Shown here piece by piece: positions 11,393 through 25,013 of a stretch of 64,000 nt of DNA. The translations under genes and the position numbers were made by a program. A model generated the notes under the pieces. It made no database searches, was not told where the DNA came from, and saw only the letters and a program-made list of their open reading frames with translations. The stretch spans positions 283,588,001 to 283,652,000 of the forward strand of contig OZ024742.1 of assembly GCA_964016885.1 (NCBI GenBank). Reading direction: 5' to 3'. This stretch comes from Eledone cirrhosa. Taxonomy: Eukaryota. The number at the start of each line of letters is the position of its first letter. Position 1 is the first letter of the stretch.

Positions 11393-13381
11393 TTAATGCA
11401 GGCGGGCTTCTAACATAGCCATCTTGGTTGAGGAATTGTGAGCAGGAGGATTCCACGAACTTTCCTGGTAAGGGCCCAGATTGTTCTGCTGCAATTCAGG
11501 AGGTGAAAAAACTTCCGGGATTTTCTGCTGCTGAATATTAGTAGCAGCATTAGGTGAGAATTGTTTAGCACATGTTTCACCTTCAGCTGCATGAATACGT
11601 TTATGACGAGTTAAAATTTTATTTGCAGAGAATGCCTTACCACAAATATCACACGGATATGGTTTTTCTCCTGTGTGAATACGTCTGTGAAGTGTCAAAT
11701 ACTCATTTCGAGAGAATGTCTTACTACATACATCACAATGATATTCACCTGTGTGAACGTGTTTGTGCCTAATTAAATATCTCTTTTGTGCAAATACTTT
11801 ACCACAGATATCACACTTTTCGCTATCAATTAGCTTCTTCTCATGAATATCAGCAGATTGGGTAAGTTGCAATTCTTTATGAGTACGTTTGTGCCTAACT
11901 AAATATCTTTTCCGTGCAAATATCTTCCCACAAATATCACACTGGAATGGTTGCTCACCAGTATGAAGACGCTTGTGTAGAAATAAATCCCCATGTACAG
12001 AGAAGGCTTTATTACAGAAATCACATTGGTATAGTTTCTTCCCTGAGTGGATATTTTTGTGCTTAACTAAGTATCTCTTCAGTGAGAATACTTTACCGCA
12101 GACATCACATGGGTGAGCCTTTTCTGAGTGAATGAATTTATGAGAATTTAACTGCTCTTTTGCAGTAAACTTTTTACTACAGATATCACACTTGTATTGC
12201 TTCTCGGTGGTGTGAATATTTTTGTGACGTTTTAAATCACCACTTATAGCAAATGTCTTATCACAAATATCACAGTGGTATGGTTTCTCACCTGTGTGAA
12301 CACTTTGATGATTAGTTAAATGTCCATTCTGAGAGAATCTTTTACCACAGATAGAACATTTGAATGGCTTCTCATTTGAGTGAATACGTTTATGACAGGA
12401 TAGATTTCCAGTTGTTGAGAATGATTTACCACAAATATTACATTCGTATGGTCTCTCACCAGTGTGTTTACGTTTATGACAAGTTAAATTAGCACTCCCA
12501 GAAAATGATCTACCACAAACATCACATGAGTATGGTTTTTCACCAGTATGAATACGCCTATGGCGTTTCAAATAATCTTTCCGAGAAAAAGTTTTACTAC
12601 AGACATCGCAGTGGAATGGCTTCTTTCCAGTGTGAATAAGTTTATGAGAAGTCAAATACCCACTTTGAGAGAATGTCTTACCACATACTTCACAATGGAA
12701 TGGTTTCTCATTGGTGTGAATACGCTTATGGGTAGTTAATACTCTACCATTACAAAATCTTTTACCACAGACATTACATTCATGGGATTTCTCATCATTG
12801 TGAATATGTTTATGGATAGCTAATGTTTTCTTTTTAGAAAATATTTTACCACAGATATCACAATGGTACGGTTTCTCATCTGAATGACTACAAATATGAG
12901 AAGACATATCTTCCTGTTTCATGAACGTTTTACTACAGATGTCGCAGCGGTATGGTTTTTCTCCTGCGTGCATACGTTTGTGACGAGTTAAGTTAATTTT
13001 CTGTGCGAACGTCTTACCACAAATATTGCAACGGTAGGATTTCTCTCTTGTGTATATACATTTATGACAAGCTAATTTTGAACTATCAACGAATGTCTTA
13101 CCACAGATATCACAGTGGCAGGGTTTTTCTTTTGTATGTGTAAGTTTGTGACGACTAAAAACAGTTTTCCGTGAGAATGTTTTATCACAGATATCACAGC
13201 GATATGATAATCCTTCTGTGTGGATATATTTGTGATTAGTCAAACTTTCATCATCAGAGAATACTTTAAGACATACATCACAGGTATATAATTTCTTTCT
13301 TATGTCTAACTTTGTTTCAAGAGGTTCATCTTTATAAGATTCTGTTTTATTATGAACCTGACTCTCAGATGTCATCTCCAT
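11393..13381 (-). CDS. C2H2 zinc-finger protein ZNF-A, ~20 fingers, 662 aa from the first ATG
   Basis: Uninterrupted CxxC-x12-HxxxH repeats with TGEKP-type linkers. First ATG at 13381 (MEMTSES). Acceptor TTTCAG| at 13513. No KRAB or ZAD domain. Confidence 0.95.
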   Translation of the reverse strand: MEMTSESQVHNKTESYKDEPLETKLDIRKKLYTCDVCLKVFSDDESLTNHKYIHTEGLSYRCDICDKTFSRKTVFSRHKLTHTKEKPCHCDICGKTFVDSSKLACHKCIYTREKSYRCNICGKTFAQKINLTRHKRMHAGEKPYRCDICSKTFMKQEDMSSHICSHSDEKPYHCDICGKIFSKKKTLAIHKHIHNDEKSHECNVCGKRFCNGRVLTTHKRIHTNEKPFHCEVCGKTFSQSGYLTSHKLIHTGKKPFHCDVCSKTFSRKDYLKRHRRIHTGEKPYSCDVCGRSFSGSANLTCHKRKHTGERPYECNICGKSFSTTGNLSCHKRIHSNEKPFKCSICGKRFSQNGHLTNHQSVHTGEKPYHCDICDKTFAISGDLKRHKNIHTTEKQYKCDICSKKFTAKEQLNSHKFIHSEKAHPCDVCGKVFSLKRYLVKHKNIHSGKKLYQCDFCNKAFSVHGDLFLHKRLHTGEQPFQCDICGKIFARKRYLVRHKRTHKELQLTQSADIHEKKLIDSEKCDICGKVFAQKRYLIRHKHVHTGEYHCDVCSKTFSRNEYLTLHRRIHTGEKPYPCDICGKAFSANKILTRHKRIHAAEGETCAKQFSPNAATNIQQQKIPEVFSPPELQQNNLGPYQESSWNPPAHNSSTKMAMLEARLH

Positions 13382-14921
13382 AATGTTTTGTTTTTTTTGT
13401 ATTAAATACAAATGTAAATACTTTCTTTAGAATTTCATAAATTACTTCAAGATTATACAACTGATGTCAAATGTCTTCTTTATGAAACAACTCCTTAATA
13501 AAAAAAAAATACCTGAAATAATAAAAGAGTATAAGGTGAGAATCATTTAATCACTTTTTGAAAATACTGCTACTCAGTCTAGTCATTTTAGGGAACAAAA
13601 TATATATTCTTCAACAATGTACATATAAATGTCACAAAGATATTGCCTGAGATATTTCAGAGTAGAGATGAAACACAGGGCCAAAGATTATCCCAGCTTC
13701 ACTGGAAGTAAGCAATAATACATCATAGAGTTATGTCCCAACTGACACTAGTACTCATTTTTTTCAACAAGATTTTATCAGTTCCAAAGCAAAATAAATT
13801 AATTCAGACTTTGGGATGATCTACAATCAAAATATATTTTTTAACTCTCCTTTCGTTCAATTTAATCAATATTCAAAGTGTTGACTACGTTCTGCATGTG
13901 CCAAATTTTCTAGGGATTGGGTTGATACAAATATTGGTGGCTTACTCAGTCGGGATGAGCTTTGCATTTCCCTTGCTCTCAGAGTTAGTGTCTATGTTGT
14001 GGGGAATTGAAATGTTGATGTGACAAGCCCCTTGATTCCAAGAGCTTTCATGGATTGGCATGTCAACAAAATGTAGTTTGTTTGCTTGCACAACCTACAA
14101 TCTACAAACCAACCTACAACCTACAAACTTGGTCTGTGATGACTCATTCAAATGGGAAGACAGGCATTAAATGATGATTATATGTGTGTGAGCAAACGAT
14201 TTGGAATATTTACACCATATCTCTACGTGTCATAAGAAGCAATGAAGCAATGTCAGGATGGGCATCAGGTTGTAAAATATTGCCTCAAAAATTCAAATCC
14301 AATCCATAGAAAAGATGATAGTATATATATATATTTATAGATACTCATATAAATTGTTTATGTATATGTCAATGTGGTTGGCGTTAGGAAGGGTATCCAA
14401 CTGTAGAAAACCAGCCAGAAACACCCCTATATGAGCGAGACACTGTCACCCGACACAACTTACCTCTAAATGGGACTCGTCTAACCCATGCTAGCGTGGA
14501 AGATGGACGTTAATCGATGATGATACGTATGTCTGAGTATTAATAAAATTCTAAAATAGCAGGAATTATGAAACCTTTTTTTTTCTGTAGCCTGTTAGTT
14601 TCGAAATATTTGGGATAGTTGGGCCGCTGACAACAATATATTTGTTTTTCAACAAGAAATGGTTTTTAAGAGTAAATATTAAACAGAGCTGGAAAACCAT
14701 TAATTTATATATATATATAACCATGCTAGCGTGGAAAATGGACGTTAAACGATGATGATGATGATATATATATATATATATTTAAGAGTTAAACAAGATT
14801 CAATGAATACATCAAAGAATGAGTTTTACAATAGATTGGAAGCACTCTACAGTATATATTTTCCAGAGTTATTAATATTAATTCCAAATATTAACAAAAT
14901 AGATATTCTTGTGATCAATTA

Positions 14922-14988
14922 TATTTTATTATACATATTTCAGAGGTACTGAATTAAGTTCAACAGTACGTCCTCATCAGATAAAATA
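14922..14988 (-). ncRNA. Minimal type-I hammerhead ribozyme
   Basis: Minus strand reads TATTTTAT CTGATGA GGACGTACTG-loop-CAGTACCTCT GAAA TATGTA TA ATAAAATA: 8-bp stem I, intact core, long stem II, near-palindromic stem III, AUA cleavage triplet. Confidence 0.8.
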
Positions 14989-15062
14989 AAATGACAGATT
15001 TAATCAAGGTAGTTGATTAAATCTTAACCATCTACCATGTCAGGGTATGTCATGTATCATTT

Positions 15063-15129
15063 TATTTTATCTGATGAGGACGTACTGTTGAACTTAATTC
15101 AGTACCTCGGAAATATGTATAATAAAATA
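15063..15129 (+). ncRNA. Minimal type-I hammerhead ribozyme, mirror copy with a G.G mismatch at the base of stem II
   Basis: CTGATGA at 15071-15077, GAAA at 15110-15113, stem I TATTTTAT/ATAAAATA. Confidence 0.7.
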
Positions 15130-15447
15130 TAATTGATCACAAGAATATCTATTTTGTTAATATTTGGAATTAATATATATATATTTGTTGATTTGAAATA
15201 TTGATAATAATTATGATTTTGACTCGGTACAGAGATGCAATGAAACAATAAGATTTAGAAAAGAGCTTCTGTAAAAAAAGGAAAGACATTGATTTATATA
15301 TCATCTTAAAATTATATTTAATGAATTTTTAAGAATAACGACACTAATGGATATATCGTAGATATGTGGACTACTGTAAAGTTTTCTCATCGTAAGTAAA
15401 ACAATTCCTGCAATCAACGTAGTCATGAATAGAGATACATTTGTACA

Positions 15448-15645
15448 ACTTACTGTTTTTATATCTTTTTTCGGTATTTGGTGTAGTTAGATGTTATTGA
15501 TGTAAAACTGTGAGAACATTATCAGGCAAATACATTTACAAAATTTTCATAAAGACATTAACGATATGACAGAACAAACTAAGTGATGTATTTGAAATAT
15601 ACACGTAACTAAATAAGTAAGTAGCCTTACTTTCGTAACTGACTG
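15448..15645 (-). promoter_or_regulatory. Putative promoter/non-coding exon 1 of ZNF-A
   Basis: Conserved block with Inr-like TCAGTT at 15642-15637 and donor GTAAGT at 15453-15448. Implied intron 13513-15453. Confidence 0.65.
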
Positions 15646-16549
15646 GTTTATGAAATATGTAAAATATGAATGCTATTCTGAAAGCAGCTAATTGTAAAAT
15701 CCTATACATCGCAATGTGACAAAAAATGAGAGAACAAATCTCTGAAATAATTACTCAGGGACGTCATCTACATAAAAAAAAACAAGTTAAATGTTGATAT
15801 ATATATATGTGTGTGTTAGTTAGGTGTGTACATATGCTGCAACACTGACTTCGATTCTACATACTCTCTCTCTATAAATATATATTATTTTGATCATTTT
15901 GGTATATACGAAAAACAGCTTCGGGCATTTTATTTTATATTTTTACTTACTAGACAACCTCTGCGAAGCATAAACGTCACTATATTAGCCGAAGTAGGGC
16001 GGGGGCGTACATTTTATTTAAATACCATTAAAAATAGTAATTTATTTAAAACAGCGGAAACATACATCTATAAAAGATGAGGAAAACACTTAAATCCCTA
16101 AGAATGGAGAGTTTCAAGCCAAGAGTGTGACCTAATCCCGATAAATTATCTCCAATTTCCACGAGAGAATAACTAAGTAAATATATAATACTGTACACGG
16201 AAAGAAGGACTTTTCATATCTGATTTTCCATACTTATTCGTGTAGGATATAGGATTATATTCACAGTTGTATAAATAACATTACAAATGTTTTAAATACA
16301 TACATACATTACAAATGCGTAAATAACATCGCAATTCTGTTCAGAAGAACATTATAAATATGATGTCGTTAGTTAACACTTATGATGGGATGTGCGGCCC
16401 ATTGTCGCACTTAGTGGTGAATTGCCCCCCCCCCCCCCCCCATGTTTTTTTTTAAAATCTCTTTTATGCGTTTATATTTGTCTATATGTGTTTTCGTTCT
16501 GTAATTATTATATTTTTATACAATTGTGAATAAAAGATACAATGTTGTT

Positions 16550-17010
16550 GATAAACACAAATATCAACACATAAAAGAGAGAAAAAAGGGGGGGAACAAA
16601 AACGACAATCGGCTACACATCACATCATAAGGGTTAGTTAAACACTTTAAGGCAAACCAATACGCTCGCAGCATTGCCACGGGTAATGGCGAGGTTAAGG
16701 CACTGAAACAACCAGGCACCCTCACGAGCATCACCGGACACCTCAGTAAGGCGAGGCGCTACCGATGACAGCGACCCAGCTCCACTAAACGTTTCGAACG
16801 CCACAGGCTGCAAAAAATAATTGCTAGATAAATCCAGGTATTTACGAATTTTATTCCGTTCGGCAACGGAAGCAGTGACCCCACACACATTTACTGTGAC
16901 GTCTATTATGTGGGATGGAGCAACTTGGTGATTCTCTTTGTTCATTCCTGAGCCAAATACTGCGATGGGAGTCTACATAATATCGAAACGTGTCCGTATC
17001 GGTCTCTTGT
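16550..17010 (-). mobile_element. CRE/RLE-clade non-LTR retrotransposon 3' fragment
   Basis: ORF 16634-16945 has DVTV...AERNKIRKY...FLQPVAFETFSG...LFQCLNLAITRGNAASVL, typical of the C-terminal restriction-like endonuclease region of CRE-like elements. Confidence 0.65.
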
Positions 17011-20000
17011 ATTCACCAGAATGATTAAAATGATATTAACCACTGAAGTAGTGTCTTTTCCTCACTGCATGACTACATTAAATATGTTCACACTAACTTG
17101 AAATTGCTTTTTAAAATGACAGCAGTAGATATATTCGTTGTTCATCAATCAGCATCGGTCAAGCGATAATGTTTGGAATGTTTTGTAACGTGAGATAGGC
17201 GGATTGTTGATGGGGGTTGAAGCTCTGTAGAAATGACCAGAAAATTGTACTGAACGTGAAAAATGATGGTAGTCAACTATACAATGTAATGTTATAGAAA
17301 CGAAGTATTACTATATTGATACATTGCGTTCAATGGTCTATGTGGCTTGTTGTTGGGAAAAATACCTCTGCCCGTACCTGGAATTTGTTCATATGCTTAT
17401 AAACAGAAAGCATTTCGTTTTTGTTCTTTAATATCTTAAAGTATTGTATCAAGATGTACTTCTCAGCCTGACAAATTGAATCTCTTAGATACATTGGAAT
17501 ATGGGACTGCCATTTCAAAACTGCTCCTGCATGTTGTTAGTTACCCCATCTTTCAGTTTCCAGATGTATCGAAATTGGAAATAAATTATATTTCTAGACG
17601 TGAAACAGAATGCTGAGTTTTAATACATCCTCTGTAAGCCCTGTAGTTACTGTTTTAATATTAGCTAGTTTTTTGCTCAGTACACCACTTTTGTGAAACA
17701 ACTACCATAAAGTGGGCAGTATATGATGATGCAATTGCATTCTGGCAGTTGGAATGAGCAATTCTTTATCTATGACTTTGGTTATTTTGGGATGCAACAC
17801 TTTCCAACAAAGTATAGCTAACATTAACAATATTCTTATTGCAAGAGCTTTTCTTGTTTGTGTTGTGGGGAAATCTGTTATTGCTAAGGTATTCAGTACA
17901 CATGGTAAAGTGGCTGGTAATAGGAAGGGTATCAAGCCATAGAATGCTTGCCCAAAGGGTTGGGAGGCTATTTCAGTTGTGTCAAATCATGACAACCTTC
18001 CTAGTGTTGGTGCTATGATAAAACACAATCAGTAGAGTGTGGGACCATATGTAAGCGAGATGTGGGCCTGTTTGGGACTCAGTAGACCCGTTTCAGTATT
18101 TACTCGATCTGTGAAAATTTATCCAACCTTTGCTAGCAGGGAAAATGGACATTAAATGATGATAGGAAATTACTAGTGAAACTGAATGCTGCACTCGTGC
18201 TGTAGTAGGAGGGACCAGATTATGTGTCTCCTTAGCTCTGCTGTTTTGTGGGAGTGTCTTATATTCTAATTTTTCTTTGACCCCACTTCTTATTAATGTG
18301 TTATTATTGTAGGGTGCAATATGATTGAATATGTTCCTGTCAGTAGCTTATATAACTGACTAAAGTGGTTTCATATAATATATCTCAATTTAGCTTTCAT
18401 AGTCAGGTATAATGTAATGTCTAAAAACAAATTGACTATTCTAAGGTCAGTTTTTCTTTTTTAAATGTTCATAAATATACTTATTAGATTTTTCCTAAAC
18501 TCGTCCACTCAAATTGTGACAGACTGCTAATTCATTATCCCTATATAATCCTATGACGGGGAAGTTATTTTTCTTCTCAAGATTGTATAAAATCTAAAGG
18601 TTGGTTAATTTACAGGTATTGGTCTCATGAAAACTACCCATTGAGATGTCAAAAAGTTTCACAACTTCCATTGTGACTCAGAGATTGCCATAAAAATAAA
18701 AACGATTTTCTGATGTTCATTATAATGTTGCAACTAGTCTTGCTGATAATAGTTTTCCAAAATTCTAAGGCTTTTAGAAACTTATGAGTAAAATTCAATT
18801 ATGTTAAACGGGAATTTACTGTGGTTTATTTCCTGTTATTTAACTACAAGGTTTCTTCTGTTCCATTGTAATCATTCTGTAGTGTTTCTGATCTTTAAGA
18901 TTATGGAGTCAAAGATACCTTTGCTCACGTTTTTGGCATGGTTTACTATTCTATATTTGGAGTTAGACACAAAGTGTTCTTTATGGTCCTTTAAGGTAAT
19001 AAATGGCCTGTACAAGACTATGCACTCTACTCTCTCATCTACTTTTCATTGGAAGACTTGACTTATGTTTTTGCTTCGAAGTTGATTAGACTATGCTGGA
19101 ACCAAGCATTAAAATGTTTTTTTCAAAAGAAGCATCACAAAAATGTCCTTAAAAAATTAGCTCATTTTAAAATATTTTCAAAATTTGGTGTTTGCATAAT
19201 TATATTTTGTAAAATGCCTGTAGTATTGCGTGACAATATATTTTCAAAATATGGTCTCATTGAATGCCAGTTAATTTCAATGCAGCCTTCCAGCATAAAA
19301 AGTTCCACACCCCCAATCTAGATTCTCAGCACCTTTATTTATCATGTGATTCTGTAATGCAGTAGTACTTGGCTAAGAATTTTACTCTTCCAATGAAGTG
19401 CTAAAAAATCAAATAATCTTTCTTATATAAGCTGCTCATATCTTAGTTATAGTTTCAACTTACCTCCTGCCCCCATCAGTGTGAAAATTCTCTAGTTAAC
19501 TTTCCATAGTGCATTTACTTTACTTAAGCAGCAGCAGATAAAGATGCTACTTACAGGTAAATGTTCAACAGGGTTCTATTGTCATCACTTTTACTCTGTA
19601 TATATGTATGTGGCACCATAGTGACATATGTGTCTTGGGCATTTAAAACCTGCTGGAGTCCATCTCTCACCCATTCTAAATGCAGTCACTTTCTTCCTTA
19701 GAAGAGAGATTTAGAAATATTGACCCCAGTACTAGACTGGCACTTTTCTCATGGCGTATGGAAGGCAAAGTTGACCCCAAAGCACAGGAAGATGGAATGA
19801 ATACCACAAAGTATTTTATTTGATCTTCTAATGACTCCAACAATTTTCCACTTCCTCTCACTGAAGTTTTCAGCATCTATGACTATTCTTGTTGAACATA
19901 TTTCTAAATTTGGTTGGTGTTAGGAAGGGCATCTTGGGTAAATTAATTTTTATTAAATTTTATCAAGACAACTTATCTCAGGGAGCCCCTGAATTTTTTG

Positions 20001-22089
20001 CTGAATCCACTTTGGGAAACACAGTTCTAGATTATTCATTATTCCTATTCTGACAATAGGAGATATTGCCTGAAGAAAAAAAAAGGAAAAGAGCCAATCG
20101 CTAGATCAAACCAAGGAAACAATCTTTCCATTGGTTCTTCACTAGAACAAACTAAGGTTTTAAACTCAAAATGTACAGAGATGGATCAGATACTATGATG
20201 GATGACATTCAATCCACCACGTCTGAATTGACCATAGTGAGATTTGAACTCAATAAATTCCTTTAAAAATACATAAATACTGTTTCATTCAGAGGTCTAA
20301 GCAACAGAAATCTTGCAGTTATCTACATTTTTTTTATTGAATCAAAATTTAAAAAAACAAATGAAAACCACTTTTTTTTTGTACATAACAAAACAAACAT
20401 TGATATATTCATAGTATTTATTTATTTAGACATTACATTATTATATTTTCGATATATTTCTTCTTTTGGCACTTAATATTTTTAAAGGTTCTTTCTGAGA
20501 CAATTTCAAAGGACAATTTTTACATCAAAAAATTATTTTTCAAAATACATTTGTCAGCAATTAATAGTTATACAATTGTGATAACTGTATGGTGTTTATA
20601 ACCAAGATAAGTAAACTGGAAATGCAACACTACATTTCCAAAGAGAAATAATTTCGCACAGATCCATATATTTATATATATATTCTTATACTGATTTCAG
20701 TCATTAGACAGCATCCATAAGGGATTTAGACAACCATATTAACCCCAGTACTTATTTTATCAATTTCTATTTGTTGAACTGCTAAGTTTAGGACATAAAC
20801 AAAGACATACACATAGGACAGGCTTCTGAAGTTTCTATTTACCAAATTTCACTCACAAGGCATTAGTGAACCTGAGACTATGGTAGAAGACACTTCACCA
20901 AGGGGCCACAGTGGGAGTAAACCCAAAACCATGTGGTTGCAAAGCGAACTCTTTAACCATAACCACAAAGCTATGCCTGCACTTCTCTCTCTAGAATGAT
21001 TACAACACAAAATTTATCTATAAAAAATAAGATTTCACCAAGTTAATGGTTATCATGACAAATAGCAGTTTATAAATCAGCTGAAACATGTTACAGAGGG
21101 TTCTGGAACAAAGATTACAAAAATAACCATCAGTTTCCATAATTTATTTAAAAGGGAAAATTTTAAACTACTGTAAAAATGTCACTTGGAAATAATTCAA
21201 AGAGGAAAGTTATATTTATACAACATACTTCAAATATTTTCATCAAAGAACTTCTCAACGATGCATAACATCTACTACATGATAAAACAGATTGATTTAC
21301 ACTTCTGATACCAAACTTTATATATTATAGTGTTTATATTTATCTAGAAACCTTCCATTATACTTCTATGTAAGAACCTTTAAGTTAACAGTTAGTTTTA
21401 TTAATAAATCCTTCCACATTCTTGATTATTTTCAAAATTATTTGAAAATCAGTGTCTATCATTGAAAATATGATAATGTAACAGTTAAGGAGTTAGGAAT
21501 GGTGAATCATTACAGCTGTAATGGTTTTAAAATAATTCTACCAAAATTCCACAAAACAATATAAACAGTATAAATTTCAATGTTATACATCTCATAGATC
21601 ATCATTTTTACGTTTTTCCCTGCTGGCATGGGTTGGATGGGTCATTACAGACCAAGCCAGTTCTTAATCAGAACTACTGGTCTCCCTAATGGTCAGGGAG
21701 GTTCCTCACACTTAAATATGTTCCAATTTGGGTATAGCTTCTATAGTTAAATGCCCATCCTAATGCCAATTATCATATTGTGATTTATAATGTTGTAACA
21801 GCTTCTTCCATTGCAACGTTTTCCAGTTATGACAGTGATAAGACTTCACAACTTCCCCAATATATTTGAGACTAGTTAGAATTTCAATTCCCAATTCTAA
21901 CAGAATGTTTTACTATATCATTTGTATCTAGGTTTATGAGAGTTATTGAATTGGTGGACTACAAATGCTATGTGGTATATAATATATATATACAAACCAC
22001 AGTATAATTTATGAACTTTATACACATGTTCAGATCTTCATGAATAATTATGTATAGTTGCCACTCCACTCCAAACTGTAGACACATAG

Positions 22090-22370
22090 TGGTCTTCGAG
22101 AAAATTGCGACTTTTCTCAATCAGATCTAATGCACCACACCTCTCTGCAGTCCTTGAACTTCTTGTGCCAGCGAAAAGCAACTGCTTGGTTCATACAAAT
22201 TATTCCATAAGCAGTCTGGAACATTTCATAAGTTTCTGTAACATTTTTGCCCAGTTTAATGCAAAACTTTATTGCATAGTAAGCCTCTAAATTGCCTTCA
22301 TGTCCCGACTGCATTCTACAAACTAGTTAGCTGTGACAAGCAGACTTTAGTAGGGCGTGTTCAAAGTGTG
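22090..22370 (-). mobile_element. Mariner transposase N-terminal remnant
   Basis: YYAIKFCIKLGKNVTETYEMFQTAYG...FRWHKKFK matches the mariner N-terminal HTH pattern. Confidence 0.75.
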
Positions 22371-22834
22371 TTAGTCATCTCTTTCAATCTGGAATAACAA
22401 AAGTTGGCAGGTCAGCTTATTAGATGTATAGTAATGATATACTAAAATTACAATAATCTAGGACAGTTATAACTGCCTCTCTTTAAAAAGTCTCAAAACT
22501 TCTCAACTGTTTGTCACCAGAATTCCTGAGAGGAACTATATACATACATACCATATAACAAAAATTATTTCTCCCGAGAATATACTTAGTTCATATAACC
22601 AGGCATGCTGTCAAAGGTTTGCACTTATTGCCAAGTCTACACCACTTGATTAATTGTTAATCAAGGCCTTCCAAGTAGATGAGGTTGCTGTTGACAGAAA
22701 CACGTATTTCCATAACATTGTAAATCTGGACATGAAGGAATGGATGAAGTGTTTAGTGCAGGTTACTGTGAGAGATCATTGAGGACTGTAAGGTCTTGCA
22801 TTTTTAAGAGCTTCACACTTTTTGGCTGTCAGCA

Positions 22835-24150
22835 TCATCATCGTTTAACGTCCATCTTCCACGCTAGCATGTGTCTGGACGGGATTTGTCCCACTTGAGG
22901 CAAGATTGGTTGTCTTGCGGGTTTTCTACGACTGGATGCCCTTCCTAACACCAACCACGTTTACAGTGTTGACTGGGAGGTTTTTACCATGTTACCTACA
23001 CGGCCACATTACAGCGTGGACTGTGTGTTCTTTTGTCATGATACCTACACAACCTCATTTATTTAGGACTGGATGTTGTGGTACCAACATAACTTTACAT
23101 CGAAAGGGGTGGTGTAGACGGGGGTGGGGGTAGAGGTAGTGAGACGGGGGTGTATTTTGGTTAAGAGGTGCCTACTGACTGTAGGTTTCGCTTTGTACTT
23201 AGGCAAGGCGGGTTTTCTGTATAACTGTGTAGCGCCAAAGATCTCGGTCCAGTGACATTGTCTTGGAGAAGTGTAAGTGTGTGAGGTCGGAATTTATCAA
23301 GTCGTCCCAGGTTTTTCTGGGTCTGCCTACTCCGTAGCTACCGTCTATTTTGATCGCCTGCACTTTTTTATACAACTGTCGTCTTTCATGCGCATCACGT
23401 GACCGTACCAACGTAGTCTTCTCTTGAGTAAACAGCATCTGATCCCTCTTATTCCTAATTTCTCACTTAGTTCATTTATGCTTTGCTGTTCGCATATATT
23501 ACTATTACACATCCAACGGAGCATGCAAGCCTCGTTCCTCTCCAGTCTGCGTAGATCCTCTGCACACACAAGACCCATGTCTCACTGTCATGTAACATCG
23601 CTGTTCGTATGCAGGCATCATACAGCCTGCCTTTCATTTTTAGAGAGAAACTTTTAGCGGCCAATAGTGGTTTCAGCTCTCTGAACTTTTTCCATCCCGT
23701 TCTGACTCTAGCTACAGTACTTTCGGAGCACCCTCCACCACTGATGATTTTGTCACCCAGCTAACGGAAGGTGTCCACTATTTCTATAGAACCATCTGGG
23801 CAATGGAATGAGCTAGTATTCTGTGGGCATTTGCTATTACTTATTGCACCTGAGCACTGGCCACATATAAAATCTATATTCTTAGTTAGCTTACCTGTGA
23901 TCCCACATCTTTTATGCACCCATACTTTGCATTTGGGACATAAAATGGAGTTACTGCCTACTCCTTTCCTACACACTGAGCATGGCCATTTCCCAGATGG
24001 GACCAGTGCCCTATTTTCCTTCCTACATATTAGAAATTTAGTCTTAGACAAGTTAATTTTAAGGCCTTTTGATTATAGATCATGCTTCCATGTTTGGAAT
24101 TTCTTCTTTAGTTCAGCCATTGATTCGGCTATGAGCGTTAGAACATCTGC
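22835..24150 (-). mobile_element. RTE-like LINE (second family), decayed RT C-terminus and 3' UTR
   Basis: Frameshifted peptides KTKFLI...WPCSVCRKGVGSNSILC, KGRLYDACIRTAMLH, RRLRWYGHVMR, GRPRKTW. (GAT)n tail near 22835. Confidence 0.8.
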
Positions 24151-25013
24151 TATGTTCATCATAATTATAGAGGATGAGGAAAAAGACTATCTTGGTTGTG
24201 TTTTATACTGTTAAAGGACTAGGTCTTCATGTCTCCACTAAAGTATGTGCCCTCCTTTTCATGCAGGAAATGAAGGTAAGGTGTTTGGGTTTGTGCTTGG
24301 ATGTAAGACTGAACAGCAGAATCTGTGCATAGAAATGTTATTGTTTTTTGTTAGGAGTGACAGTAACTAGGTCACTGTACAGAAGGCTGTGAGAGTCATA
24401 ATCAGACAGTGGGATAGACCAAAGTTTACAGAATATGCTTTGGTAAATGTCTTCTCAGTGCACATTGCAATGATTTCACAGAAATCTAAGAAATGAGAGA
24501 TGATGTAGACAGGAGATGGGCAACTTAGCTTAGATATTCAAGCCTAACATAATAATTTCATTTGTCTTTACATGTACTGAATTGGTGGAAGAAATTGTTT
24601 ACAACTGTTTCTATCATCATTTTTGAAATGTTGAGAGAGCAATAGGTTGAGAGTTATCTATTTGGGAGATGTGATACACAGCTGCAGGTTTTCATAGATC
24701 CTTGAAGAGATAAAAATTGAAAAGTTGGGCTAGGATAGGATGGAGTTCTGAAGAACACTGCATGAGAAAAATAGAATGATGCAAAAAAACAAAAACAAAA
24801 AAAAAACAGAATTGGGATTAGTCACCTTGTTCGATTGAATTTACCAATCAGAAGACTTTCACACATGGTTGTGAAATTGGAAGTATTCTTCATTATCACC
24901 ATTATTTTACGTCCACTTTCCATGCTGGTATGGGTTGGACGGTTTTACAAAAAAGTTTTGTTGAGATGCAGTGTGAAATTTAGAAGCAATGCATGCAGCA
25001 AATATGGAAGCTT

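Larger units (their letters stand above)
14781..15175. mobile_element. Head-to-head inverted insertion in (TA)n, Penelope-like fragment, in the ZNF-A intron
   Basis: 14875-14994 is the reverse complement of 15057-15176. (TA)n on both flanks. Hammerhead motif in both arms. Confidence 0.7.

Noticed and set aside
11572-12739. Antisense or alternate-frame ORFs over ZNF and pol genes (also 26081-26332, 46619-46933, 58203-59536)
   Set aside because: Shadow frames of real coding sequence with no independent motifs.
13382-13411. N-terminal extension [10 protein letters not shown] of ZNF-A in the ORF track
   Set aside because: It starts at TTG. The paralogs begin at the ME.. ATG equivalent to 13381.
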